Positions 11,246 through 24,607 of a stretch of 64,000 nt of DNA are shown here, piece after piece. A program made the position numbers and the translations under genes. The notes under the pieces were generated by a model. It had not been told where the DNA came from, did no database searches, and was given only the letters and a program-made list of their open reading frames with translations. Within the stretch, counting starts at the first letter, position 1. Every line of letters begins with the position of its first letter. The stretch is from contig CM119270.1 of NCBI GenBank assembly GCA_051294375.1, forward strand, positions 18,077,710-18,141,709. The letters run 5' to 3'. Origin of the DNA: Paraspadella gotoi (Eukaryota > Animalia > Chaetognatha).

Positions 11246-14175
11246 ATGTCCTCTCCCTCTCTCCCCTGCCCCTCTTCCCTCCCCCCGCCTCCCTCGGGCT
11301 GCCTCTTTTGGACAAACTGCAGCGCCGGTTTTTCTCTCGGTTCCACTTGCGGCGCCGTCCCGAAAGAACGCCACTTTGTCCTCTCCTTCCGGCGCGGTCG
11401 TCTCACTTGCGTAGGCGACGGCGCCGGAGACGCCGCTCCGGAATGGCGCCACGACGTCGTATGCTGGAGCGAAGCCGTCTTCATTCTGCTCTTAGTCGGC
11501 GTCGTCGTCGCCCTCTTCGCGTTGATCGCGGCGGCGCTGTGCCTGGCGCGTCGGCGCGGCAGAAAGCTGAGGCATAGCGGCGTTCCGTCGATAGAATTTC
11601 GAGGAATGAGAGCCGTGCCCTCGAGCAGCGAGAGAGCGGCTCCGTCCGTCGGCGGCGGAACGAGGCATTCTTTGGAATGGTCGAGAAGAACGGGTCCAGG
11701 AACGAGGACGAGCGCGGCGACAAATCGGTGATTGATTTGATCCCTTCAATTATTCATTAATCATTCAATTCATTCAATTCATTCAATTCATTCAATTCAT
11801 TCAATTCATTCAATTCATTCAATTCATTCACTCTTTGATCTATTCACGTATCATTTCGTTCATCGATCCATTAACTAGTTCCTCGAATCATTGAACAAGC
11901 GATTGATTGATTCATCGATTCAATGATTGGTTGATAGATTCACTGATTGATCCTCCACATCAGGTCCGAGTCTCGCGACAAGATTCTCGCCTTCATCGCC
12001 TCCCATCCGCAATTCGCCGAATACGCCGATGACGAGGAGTTCCTCAACATCCTCGAGGAACAAAGGGAAGACGAAGATCTCAAACTGGCGGCCCTGGAGT
12101 TGATGATAACGAGGATCGCGGATCGAATGACGCCGGTGGAATCGACGCCGGATTCGACGCCGGAATCGACGCCGGAAACCTCGCTTCATCTCGGCGAGCT
12201 GAGACTTAGTCGACCGACGCTGCTTAGAGAGTTGACACTAGAATTAACGCCAGAACTAACGCCAGAACTAACGCCAGAACTAACGCCAGAACGGACGCCG
12301 GAAACATCACCCCATCATAGCACGCATAGACTTAGTCGACCAACTCTCCATAAAGAGCCGACACCAGTCGAGAAGGCAGCAAAATCAATGCCGGAACCTT
12401 TGCCAGAAACGTTGCCACATGCTGGCGCGCACGAACTTAGTCGACCGACTCTTCTTAGAGAGCCGACACCAGTGGGGATAGCGCCCGAATTGTCGCCAGA
12501 TTCATTGCCAGAGTCGTTATCTCATCTCGGGGCATTCAGCCTCTCTCGGCCGACCCTTCCGCGAGAGACGACGCTACCGTCGCCCGAATTATCCCCAGAG
12601 ATATCCCCGGAGATATCCCCAGAGATATCTCCAATTTTTACGCCACCTATCTCTTTCGCTAGATTCTTTCAACCGTTGATGGCGGAAAGGCAAAAGGAAA
12701 CGCAAACAGAGTCGCCGTCGCCGCCTGATTCTCCACCAAGGACAAAGATGTCAGGACCAATTTTGGGTCCCCGTTTCTTCTCAGTCAGACACTCGAAGTC
12801 GGAATCGCCGAATACGAGGATGTGGCCAAAGCCGTTGCCAAGGTCGGAATTGCCGCCAACAAAAAGTAAAGCCAACTCAACCACGCCAATCGTCGACGCT
12901 ATTACGACTGAGTTAAGTCGTGCCACGCCCTCCCTTCGCTCGCGCGCCTCATTTGATTCTCGGGCTTCGAGAGGGTTTGTGGTAACATCTGCTGAATTCA
13001 TTGCCTCTGTCGCCCCGCTGTCTTTCGAGCCAAATCCACCACGGTTTGGCGTCAAAACGCCAACTCCAATACCTCGGAGATCGGTTACGCCACGAGAAGA
13101 GCCACTGCCGCGAGGGAGCGCTAGAATTTCTAGAGGCAGCTCACCAATGCCTGAAGTAGATCCCCCAACACTACGTCCAGACACACCCATAACGCGTCCT
13201 GAACGTCCCAGCACCCCTCACCCAGAAACCCTCAGTTCCGGCACGATGAACTTGGAACCATCCGCCGAGCATCTCCGTAAGCCTTGGACAACAACAACAA
13301 CGCCTCAATCAGTTCCATATTCGATTCATACTTCTCCATACCCGTTAACGCCACCGTATCCTCTTTCATCTTCACCTATTCGGTCTCAGGAGCCTGACAA
13401 TGTCATTTACGATGTCATTCCAGATGACATTGATGACACCAACCCTTCGAAAGATGACGATTACTACGAAGTTTTCTTTCCCCTTTCCGGGGCGCATGCT
13501 TCTCGCGACAGTCCCATGGATAAGTCTGCTGTAGAAAGTACTGATACGAGTGGTGATAAAGATATCGATTTAGATCAAAATATAAATGGTCTTTTCAGTT
13601 CAGAAACCCCATCACCGACAAGGTTATTCTCCAGCGCTGCGCGACTTTCCACTTCTCCATCAACGGCATCTCGATCGTCTTCACCAATCATTTCCTCCTC
13701 CCGACCACCGACTCCGCATCCCGAACTTCCTTCAGCGAGAAGCGGCACTCCTAATGCCTTCAGACCGTCAGTTCCTGCAACAGAAACATCCACGATGGAA
13801 CCGCCATTGATAAGGCCCGGTACTCCCCACCCAGAGCAGCCACCAGCTTTACCAGAGTCCAAGCCGCCTCCATTACCGATTATCACAACGAACGAATCCC
13901 CTGTCCCCGAGTATGATACTCATAGCGATTCGGACGAAATGAACGAAGACGATGACAAAGATGATGATGATGATAATGACAAAGATGATGATGACCAGTC
14001 GGACTCCATTGAGAATATCTGCAGCGTTTGTGACGACAATTACAAAAGCTTCCAACTCAATTGCGGTCACGTGTTTTGCGACGAATGCAGCCAAGAACTC
14101 AGTTATTGTTTCGTTTGTCAGGAAAAGATTATCTCTCGGAAGAAAATCGACGCTGAACTCACGGTTGAGCATTAA
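11246..14175 (+). CDS. Single-pass membrane protein: Sushi/CCP-like ectodomain, TM, long Pro/Ser/Thr-rich tail, C-terminal C3HC4 RING (putative E3 ligase), paralogue 1; exons 11246-11727, 11964-14175 (~897 aa)
   Basis: Phase-2 intron (cg|gtgatt ... catcag|g) joins the two ORFs in frame. TM AVFILLLVGVVVALFALIAAALCLA is followed by RRRGRK. RING CSVC..CGHVFCDEC..CFVC. Confidence 0.8.
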
Positions 14176-15355
14176 AATTCATTTGAGAACTCTCCTCGGT
14201 TTTATGACTAAGAAATTTTTTTTTTTACTCTGTTGTTTTTGACAATATATTGGTATAAATGGTTTGTGGCTATTTAATTTTTTTTTTCTTTGTCTCATTC
14301 TCTTTCTTACTTTCTTTATCTCTTTTTCTTTCTCTCCATTGTTTATCTGTCATAAATTCTTTCATAAATTTTAAAATCCAATTTAGGTTTATTTATACTT
14401 TGTAAAAATTGGCTGTGAAAAATTAAAAAGTTTTACTTTATAAACTTTTATTGAAGGAAAAGCAGTTTACCTCTTAGACATAAAGCTATGAAAAGTAACT
14501 GTTCAGCATATGTAAATTATATAGCAAGCAAGAAAAAAAAGTAGAAAAAAATAGGAAGAAAGAGAAAAAAAAAACAAAAAAAATTATGGCTTTCTAACTT
14601 GACACTCGGCAAAATCTTATTTAAAATAGTTTCAGTAATACCCAATTACCGTTTTTATTTCAGAAAAAAAAAGGTTATGAATAATAAATATTATTTAAAC
14701 ATTTTCAGTAATAAAGTTAATTTAATAATGTATGAAACAAACTTGAATAAGTCATTTATTTATAATGGTTAGCAGTTAAATTCAAGTATTTTTAACGGTT
14801 AATAAAACTTCAAACAAGTTTGAGCAAACAATGTCGGATCTGGCCTACGATAATTAATTAATTATTAATTAATAGATTAATTAATTAATTAATAGATAAT
14901 TAATTAATAGATTAATAATTAATTAATTAATAATTAATTATAATTTATATTCAGCTTGTCATCATCGATGTCCTTAAAATTGAGTCAGGACAGTTATTAA
15001 ATGTTTTGTTTACATTTTATCAAAACAAACAAATATCCTCTATTATCGAGCCAGGCGGGCAAAGCCCGTCCTGGCTAGATTTTGATTCGGTTTAGCTTTC
15101 GGTCTCGCTTTTTTGCAATCATGGCTTCTGAAAATGTGATATAAGGAGTTGAATTTTCATATATGGCTTCTAATCATCAAGATTTTAAAATTCTCATGTT
15201 TCATATCAATATTCGTATTTGTTTATGTTTTATTTACAAAACAAAAACGTTTTAATTATATGTCGCTCTCTCTCTCTCTTTTTCTCCATCACTGCTTCTT
15301 CTAATTTGTCTAAAAACGAGTTCCGGCTCTGCAGCGTCTGTCCAGCTTCTTTTCT

Positions 15356-15393
<38 letters not shown>

Positions 15394-15851
15394 TCTCTTT
15401 CTCTCTCTCTTTTTTTTACAAAAAATTTTTAGATATAATGTGGGTTCACTAATGTAAAAAACGATGCCGCGAACCGTGCGCGAACCCGGGTCCTTTGGTA
15501 AAGAAAAGCTCACGCTACGTGCGGCGCCATAAGTACTGCTGATTCTTTAACGAGTAAAGGGGCTGTAGAGCTTCTCTCTCTCTCTCTCTTTTAATTATTA
15601 TATATCGCTCTTTTCTCTTTCTCTTTTCTCTGCAGCGGCTGTCTCTCTCTCTCTCCTTTTTCTCTCTCTCTCTCTGTATCTCTGTGTGTGTCTGTCCCTA
15701 TCTGTCCGATCTCTTGCGTGATCGTTTGTTTTTTGAAAAATTCTGATTATTTTTTTCCTTCTAAAAACTTTTTATTATTGCCATTTATTCCGCGCTTTTT
15801 TTCATACAAAATCCATATTTTCATCCGAGATTTTCGTGGATTTATTCTCTT

Positions 15852-15897
<46 letters not shown>

Positions 15898-15907
15898 CTC
15901 TCTCTCT

Positions 15908-15938
<31 letters not shown>

Positions 15939-16419
15939 TCACTCATACACGCATTTGTTTGTTTTATTGACTATCATCGCATCAATGAATGACAATCATC
16001 GCATCAATGAATGACAATCACCGCATCACTGAATGACTATATCACAGCAGTGAATGACTATCATCGCATCAATAATTGATTATCATCGAATCAATAATCA
16101 ATTCCTATTACATCAATAAATTACTATTACATCAATCAATTAGTATTACCTCAATCAATTACTATTACATCAATAATTCGTTATCGCATGATTCATTCGT
16201 TTTTTTCCGGGTTTTTTTCATTAATTTTCTATGTAGTGGGCTCTGGCTCGATCTTGAGTCTTTTAAGATTTTTTTATTTTATGTCTCCTTCTCTCTCTCT
16301 CTCTCTCACTCTCCTCTTTCTCTCTCACTCTCTCTCTCTCTCACTCTCTCTTTCTCTCTCTCTCTCTCTTTTTGCAATAGCGACGATCCTTGCTTTTAAG
16401 ATTTTTTTAACTTGCATCA

Positions 16420-17612
16420 TTTTTTCAACTTGCATAATTTTTTCAACTTGCATTCCGTCAAAACTTTATATCTAGCTTCTTCACTCACTTTCCTACCGGC
16501 TCACAAAATTTCATCTCAATCTATCATGGGTTAAAATAAATAAAAAGATTTAAGTAAATGTGACTCATATTTTTTTCATTTAAACTCATTTCCACTGGTA
16601 CGTTTCCACTGAAACTTTATATCAAGCTTCGTCATAACGTTTTTCCTACCCACACACAAAATTTCAACTCAATCTATCCATCCAATTATGATTAATTGGA
16701 GTATTTATTGGTTAAAATAAGTAAAAAGATTTTAGTAAATTCGACTTATATTTTTTCCATTTAAACTAATTTCCACTCACACGATTCCATATCCAGCTTT
16801 ATCACACACTTTCCTACCCACACACAAAATTTAATTCAAATCCAACCAGCCAATCACGAGTTATTGGAGCTTTTTGCTAAGATGGGACGGATGGACGGAT
16901 TGATTGACTAATTAATTAATTATTGATTAATTTATTTACTAATTGATTAATTAACTGATTAATTATTTGATTTATTAATACATCCTGCAGATACATTTAA
17001 TATAAAAGGAAAAAGAAGCATAATCAATTAGTAAAACAGGTTTTTGTTTTTTTTCATTTAAACTCATTTCCACTCAAACTATTCCATCGAACTTGATTTC
17101 CTGTTCAATCACACACTTTCCTACCCACATACAAAATTCCAGGTCAATCAGCCCATCCACTCATGAGCAATTGGTGTTCAAATAGTGAATATATTTTTTT
17201 TGTTTTTTCCATTTAAACTCATTTCCACTCGGACGATTCCATCGAAACTTCATATCCAGCTCAATCACACACTTACCTATCCACACAAAATTTCATTTAA
17301 ATCCATCCTTCCAATCACGAGTAATTGGTGATTTTTGCTAAGGTGGGACGGACGGACGGACGGACGGACGGACGGACGACGGACGGACGGACGGACGGAC
17401 GGACGGACGGACGGACGGACGGACGGACGGACGGACGGACGGACGGACAGACAGACGGACGGACGGACATCATTTTTTTTGCATAATTTATCATAATTCG
17501 ATGTTCTGACATGATATAAGTGTGTGCCCGACAATATTGAGGGGGCGGACCGACGGACCGAAAAAGTGAGTTATAGAGTCGGGATCTGCTGATAAGCAGA
17601 TCCGACTAAAAA
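16420..17612 (-). mobile_element. Helentron-associated (HINE/DINE-1-like) non-autonomous element with internal tandem units and (GTCC)n microsatellite; related termini at ~44722-44800 and ~57877-57975
   Basis: Minus strand starts tttttagtcggatctgc-ttatca-gcagatcccgactctataactcactttttcggtccgtcggtcc (T-tract, hairpin, 'actctata', GTCY repeats). Upstream are repeated 'cacactttcctacccacacacaaaatttc' units. This layout is typical of HINEs. Confidence 0.6.
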
Positions 17613-18720
17613 ATAATAGTTTTCTGCTTGCACATTGTGCAATGCACAATAGTTGCCCGACTCCAGCCTGGTCATTGGTCGACTCATCGTAAGATTGTCC
17701 ACAGAGACGGTGCATCAAATTAGCGATCAAGTCGTCGTCGTCGTCGTCGTCAAATCTATTAGAGTGAAAACGTGGATTGTCTCGCTTTTCTCGTTGCTTC
17801 GAACTTCCATTGCAATTCGCAGATTCCATTGCAGATTCCATTGCAATTCGCCTAAATCTCTCTAAACAGATGATATAGATGGTATTATAGATGATATAAG
17901 TATAGTAGCTTTTTAATACGTACTTAACTGAAGAGAGCACTCTTTTCTTTTCAGTTATAACATTTTAGAAATATTTAATTATTATACCACTTCATTGAAA
18001 GGGAAATAAAAAGCCCTGGGAGTTATTGAGCAAGACTGTTATTATAAAATCGATTATCCAGTACTAGAGCCAATCAAAAAAGTCTATCATTTAATTGTTT
18101 TTTTTTGTAGCAATGGATGTGAGCGAGAGGATACTCTGGGAGTGAATAAACAAGACTGTGAGAGAGTCCTTCTATGTTATTGTCTTGTAAGAGTGATGGA
18201 GTCCTTAAACAACAAAGCCTGTCCAAAGTCAGGGCCAAGCTAGCTTATTTATTAAATGAATGGATAATTATTATATAGGTTGTATAACAATTTCATAGTA
18301 ATGAACATTTTTTAAATTCCTTTAATCCATCTCATGCGCGTTACCTTCAGGTTAAGCCAGGTTTCGTTTTTTTTTTCTGTGTAAAAACTTGACAAAGATT
18401 TTAGACACTCGACTCGTGGTCGGAGCTAAACCGGTTTTAATTTAAATGCAGGTTTTTTTCAGCCACCGAATGAAATCCAATTTAATTTTTTGACTCAAGT
18501 CTAAAAAATTTTAAACATTTTATTAATTTTATCCCTAAAAACTTTAAAATATTTTTCTTTTTTCCCCTTATTGATGGAAAATCAAATATCCGAGATCGAA
18601 GTTTAAATATCCATTATCGATTATCCAAGATCTAAAATCTAATATCCAAAATCCATGATCGCATATTCAAGATCGAAGATCGCATATCCATGATCGAAGA
18701 TCGCATATCCATGATCGAAG

Positions 18721-21033
18721 ATGCCATCCTCGCCATTTGCGTTCCTCCTCTTTCTCCTTTTCCGTCCCTCTGTCTCCTCCGACGTCTCCATCACATCTTC
18801 GTCCACCGATTCGCCCGCCAATTCCTCCGCCCAAACGTGCGGTCCGAAACCGGCGCTGCCCGACGGCTGCGACGCCTGGAGCGACTGCGCGGGCGGCGAC
18901 GGCGTCGGCGCAAGTTGCGACGTTTTGCCGAAAGACGAAGGGTAAGTTCGTTTTCCGTCGAGGGATTTCCAACCCAACGGAATCGTTCCCAAGTAAATTC
19001 CACTCACTAGAGCTTCTTCTCACTCGTGATAGAATTCCGTGAGAAAAAAGAAACCCAATAGTGAGGCTGGGTCACAAAGGCTCGAATTTTAAGGTATTTA
19101 AAGCAACAGCCGGGTTCTCTGTGATGCCAAGCTGGGTGAAGCCGCTCATCTGTTGACGCTAGGGGATTTCGAACCTCAGATGCGCCGCCTGCCTCTGGCG
19201 CGGTTACCATCGGTAGGTTTTGCTTGTGCCAACGCAGAGGGAAGTCGTAAGGACTGTGGAGTGTGGACTGTGGAGTGTGGAGTGTGGATAGAACGCTGGC
19301 GATGGTACGTTTCCCCTTTGATTCATCGGGATTGGCAGTATGAAGTTAGAGGCGAGGCGGTGTGAATATATGATGAAAAGGGTGAATATGCGATTTATGA
19401 CTCAACTCAATTCTTAAAATTAAACTCAAAACAATAATTTTTTTTTCATCCTCAGAGAAGTCCTCATTTCATTATATCATCCTCCACTTCAATGCGTCAT
19501 CGACGAAGACGACGGAGATCTCAAGTGGGTCTTCAACTTTGGCTGTTATCACTTCGTACTCGTCATCATCATTATTGGCTTCGCGCTCGTGGCTTTCGCT
19601 GCATTGTGCTACGGCTTCTTCCTCTTGTTTGTGTGCTGCTGCTGCAGACTCGAGGAGCGAAGTTGCTGCAGATCCGAGGAGCGAAATTGCTGCAGATTCG
19701 AGGAGTCACGTCGGAGTTGCAACAACATTTGCGAGGGATTGAAGCTTCGTTTTTCGACCAGAAGGATTTCATATTCAACCCCTGATATTGAGTCGACGTC
19801 AGTAAGGTATCAAATATCGGAGACAAGATAGCTTATTTATAAAATCAATGGATAATTTTCATATTGGTTAGACTTATATGTACAATTATTATACATTGTT
19901 TATATAAGTACCAATTTCATATGTTTATTGTTTAGGAATAGAGTATGTAATAAAAACAAAATCTATCGGATTGACGATGTTATGTCGTTATTGCTTTATA
20001 TCTAATTAAAATATGTAATTGAAAAATTTCGGAATCTGTTTCGAAATTCTTTTGAATGCGATATGCTAAATGTATTTAAAAACTCTCCTGATTAAAAATG
20101 CAGCCGGATCGAAGGGACACCCTTCGCCCGGACGAGAAAACTGGAATCTGTCGCTGAACGCCTGGACGTGAGACCAGGGACGACGACGACAGCGCCGCTT
20201 CCTTCACCGCCGACGCCGCCGCGAGCGAAGCGGCTTGGAACGACGCCGAAACTGGATCACCGGCGCGGTTCTTCTTCTTCCGGTTCCAGCGCCGAACCTT
20301 TGGAGAATCACGAAAGGGAGAGGGATAGCGAGACAAAGCGGGAGTTAAATAGCGAGAGAGAGATGGAGAGCGAGAGGCAGGGAGAAAGGAGACGACCTTC
20401 GACGACTCGATATCCGACTGTTCGTCCGGTTCGGGTGAGGTTCTTTCCCGACAGGGTAAGGACAAGAGACTCTGATTCCTTCGGGCCGAGGATGGAAGAA
20501 GACGAGACGGGACAAGCGTCGACGCTGCCGCAGCGCACGCCGCCGCCGTCGAGGCCCAACCGCTTTCCGCTGCTCGACTCCGTGACCGTTCCTCCCAATT
20601 TCGATTCCACTTTCTATTTCGACCGGAAACTTCGACCACAGGGAACAATGGATGAAGATTCCTATATGTCGCGTTTTTCTAGCTCCGCTAATTGCTCCAG
20701 AGACTTGGAAGAGGATTACGGGAGCGAAAGGGATTACTCCCCTAATAGCTCCTTCAATCGCGACACGAATCCTTACTCTTATCGATCGGAGGGACCGTCG
20801 ACGGCGGCGCTCCCACGAAAGCAGGCGACGCGACAATCGAGTTCCGCCGATGCGTTCCGTCGAACCGGCGTCCTCTCTGCGACGGCGCCGGAATTGGATC
20901 CGCCGGTTAATCCCTCGGCGCCGGAACTGGAGGAATTGTACGACGGGACATCGACGCCGGTCGAGGAAGCGACGAGACGGAACTCGGCCGGAATGACGCC
21001 GGAAAACTCGGCTTCAAGGAATGAGTCGCCGAA

Positions 21034-21065
<32 letters not shown>

Positions 21066-21253
21066 CCGTTGAACGACCTTCGCCTTTTTCGTCGTCCGAA
21101 AACGTCATCACCTGCGACATTTGTTTCGAGCGACCGAAAGGTGTCGCTTTCAATTGCGGACATCTCTCGTGCGACGAGTGCGGACAAAGATTAGAAGTCT
21201 GTCACATTTGTCGGGAGACGATCGTCACGAGACAGAAAATATTTTTGGGGTGA
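18721..21253 (+). CDS. Type I membrane protein: signal peptide, Sushi/CCP-like domain, TM, Cys-rich juxtamembrane, disordered tail, C-terminal C3HC4 RING, paralogue 2; exons 18721-18941, 19456-19806, 20104-21253 (~573 aa)
   Basis: Both introns are phase-2 GT-AG and in frame. Signal-like MPSSPFAFLLFLLFRPSVSS; TM FVLVIIIIGFALVAFAALCYGFFLLFV; RING CDICFERPKGVAFNCGHLSCDECGQRLEVCHICRETIVTRQKIF of the Mind bomb/IAP-like C-terminal type. Confidence 0.82.
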
Positions 21254-21711
21254 TGTGGGGGGGGCTCTGATGGGGGAAGGAGGAAGGGGGAGGGGTGGGG
21301 GAGACAGAAGTAGGGAGGGGGGGTTGTGGGGTCGGGGAAAGGGAGGGTGAGAGGTAGAGAGAAAGAAAAATAGAGAAAGAGAGAGTAATTTTTGTTGTCA
21401 TTGAAATTGGGCATTATTATTGTGTTGGGATTTTTGTTTCTTTTCTTCGTTTTTTACCCTTGCACAACTCATTAGGTGTGAACATCGGTTTTTGTATTTT
21501 TGCGACTTTTTCGTTTATTGAGACCGATTTTATCAATTTTATTAATTTTATCAATTTTATGAAGTTTATCAATTTTATCAATTTTATCAATTTTATAATG
21601 GATAGAGAAAATAAGTCAATAATCTCCTCTTAACTCAGCTTAATTTACAGTAGGATTAAACCAGAAGAAAACGTGTCTCTCTCTCTCTCTCTCTCTCTCT
21701 CCTCTCTCTTC

Positions 21712-21749
<38 letters not shown>

Positions 21750-22348
21750 TCCTCTTTTATCCCTCTCGTCCTCATCAACTTGAAAAGATCAATGTTAAAT
21801 AATCAAAATCGCGTTTGTTTATCTCGAAAAATTCTTTAAGATTCGAAAAGTTAGTGTTTCGAGTAAACACTGGATCGTCATGTTATAAATTGTATTAATA
21901 AAAATTGATTACTGATTAGTGATTATGAGGATTTTGAGTCTTGCGCTGAAGAAGACTTGAAAAAGAGTAGAAACATGTACGATTGTCCGTAGATTGTAAA
22001 CAAAAATAAACTTTGTTTTCTCTCTTAAGTTTAGTTATTATAGTTATGAAAATTGGCAAATTACTTGTTATTATAATTAGTTATTATAGTTAGTTTTTCT
22101 TGTTATTTTGAATAAGAAAGGTTGAATTTTAGTAGCATATATATTCCTTCAATTTTGAGTTTGGTTATTTTACAGCTTCGAAAAATTTCAGTACTATATT
22201 GCAGCATTTTGATAAAAATCATAATATATAAGTCTATTGTTTTAAATTGAATTAACTTTTCATTTACATTGTCTAATCCTAAAAAACTTTGCTTAAGAAA
22301 CTGTGATCAGTAAACAAATGTCGTCAACTTGACATAAAAAAGATGGAG

Positions 22349-22418
<70 letters not shown>

Positions 22419-22493
22419 TGAAGTGAAAATAGGAATCGCGCATTCATTGTTTAATGTTTATCTCTTTCTTTTCTAAACGATGAGACGGAAGAG

Positions 22494-22589
<96 letters not shown>

Positions 22590-22865
22590 ACTCTCACACT
22601 CGAAGATCGTCGATCGGATCTTCGATCCTTCGTCGCGTTTCGTCGTCGTCATTCGCCGTCTTCTTTCTTCACTTCACTCTGTCTCTATCGTTGCGTCTCT
22701 GTCTCTATCGTTGCTTCTCGGTTGCGGTCTAAGTTTGAAGTTATGTTCAGAGATAATTTTCAGACTCTTCGATAATTTGACTCATTACGATTTTTCAACA
22801 TTTTTTTTCAAAAATAATATTTAATTTTATTTTAGTATAGTAAAACGAGTAATCTTTGCACTTTT

Positions 22866-24553
22866 CATAGTTCCATCCTTTCGACTTCTGCAATAACTTT
22901 TTCTTCAGCTCTGCCAATCTGTCGTATATCATACTCATACATAATATCGCTTAACGTAATACTATTAAAGAATTTAATTTCTAATCATATTCTGCCGTTA
23001 TGTTTATTTATTTTTGTTTATAACTTTACCTGTTCATTTGTCAGCTTTTTAAAATATAATTCAATTTCTTTTTGTTGCGACCTCCATCGCGGAAATCGAA
23101 AAGACACAAAAAACAAAAGACAAAGTTCTCAAATGAACCAAGCGGATGAAAGGAATAAATGAAGGAAAAATTCACAAGTAAGAAATTACGTTTTATTTAA
23201 CATCGTATCTTTAATGAAAATTTATCTTCTTAAATTTAAAAGCAAGCTCAATTTCTAATTGGCGACACTTTAAACTATTTTAACCGAGTTTCAATTAAAA
23301 AAAATAAATCGATCAAAAAGAAATTATGTCCCTAAAAAGTTTATCCCTTTTCTTCGTCACGTTTCACTCGGGGGTCCTGGTTCGGTTGTATTTTGGGTCG
23401 TACTATTCTCGATAATAACAAGATTGAAACCCGTGTATCAATTTTTTTGAATTAGATTAAAGATTCCCGCTAATCGAATTAATTGTTTTTAATAGAATTA
23501 TAACGACTCGAGAAATTAAACGTCAGAATCTAAAACCTGCGGTATTTACTTTTTTTCGCATGTCATCTTTTTTTAATTAAAAACTAAAATCGAAAAGCGA
23601 ATAAAGTTCAATTTTGTTCCCTCGAGTTCATTCTAATGGGCCCCCGAGTTTCTCAAAAAACCACGTCTTAAAAATCTAAAATTAATTAAAAAAAAATTAA
23701 TTGGAAATTTTTATCAGAAAATCCTGAGCCGCTTTTGCAACGGCAGAATTACCAGTTCCTTCGGCTCCACTTTTTTCAAACTCTAAACGTTCCACTGACT
23801 TATTCTCCAGCTCCCGCTTCACAGACTTCAAGACTCTCATCGAGCCTTCCCCGCAGCGGCTCGTCGACACCTCCATCACTTCTTCGACTTCTTCAGGTAG
23901 GGATGCAAAAGAGACTAAAGAAAGTGACAAAGAGTCTCTCTCTTTAAAAACTCTAAAGTCTAATTTGCTTCCCTGCAGACGAGAGGGGGGATTCCCGACG
24001 AGGCATTCCGAGTGGAAGGGACGACGGGGCATTCGGGATTCGTCGAGGGTGTCGAGACCGGCGATACTGGACGAGAGCTTGGAGCTCAGTCTTACGTGAA
24101 ACGTTGGTAAGGCCAACCCGGAGATTCCAGTTTCATTGTGAACAATTTTAACAATTTTCCATCGAGTACTTTCTCATTCTTGAGATTCTCCAAACAAGTT
24201 CAATTTTTTATGATTATTTACTTTTTTGGTTTATTAAAAATATAGAGTTTATAATAGTGCAATGATCTTCTTATTTTTATTGAGTCCCAAATCTTGGGTC
24301 TCAGGTCTTGGGTCTCAGGTCTTAGTAAAAGGGTTCAGGGTTCCGTCGCGTCCAACGGAAGAGGATCGATCGCTGACGACAACAACACAATCAATGTAAA
24401 GAGTAAGGATGAAAGCAATAACAAATAAATTATTACCAAATATATATATATAATATATATTATATATATATGTACATATGAGAAAGACGAAAGCTAATGT
24501 TGGTTGACTTTAAACATGATGATGATGACGATGACGATGACGACGACGACGAC

Positions 24554-24607
<54 letters not shown>

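Noticed and set aside
11290-11360. TNF-receptor cysteine-rich domain (C..WTNC motif)
   Set aside because: The full Cys/Trp spacing shared by both paralogues fits a CCP module better; not formally excluded without a profile search.
15044-15080. GC-rich hairpin as an intrinsic terminator
   Set aside because: Eukaryotic DNA; more likely a terminal hairpin of a rolling-circle-type repeat, but too little context to call.
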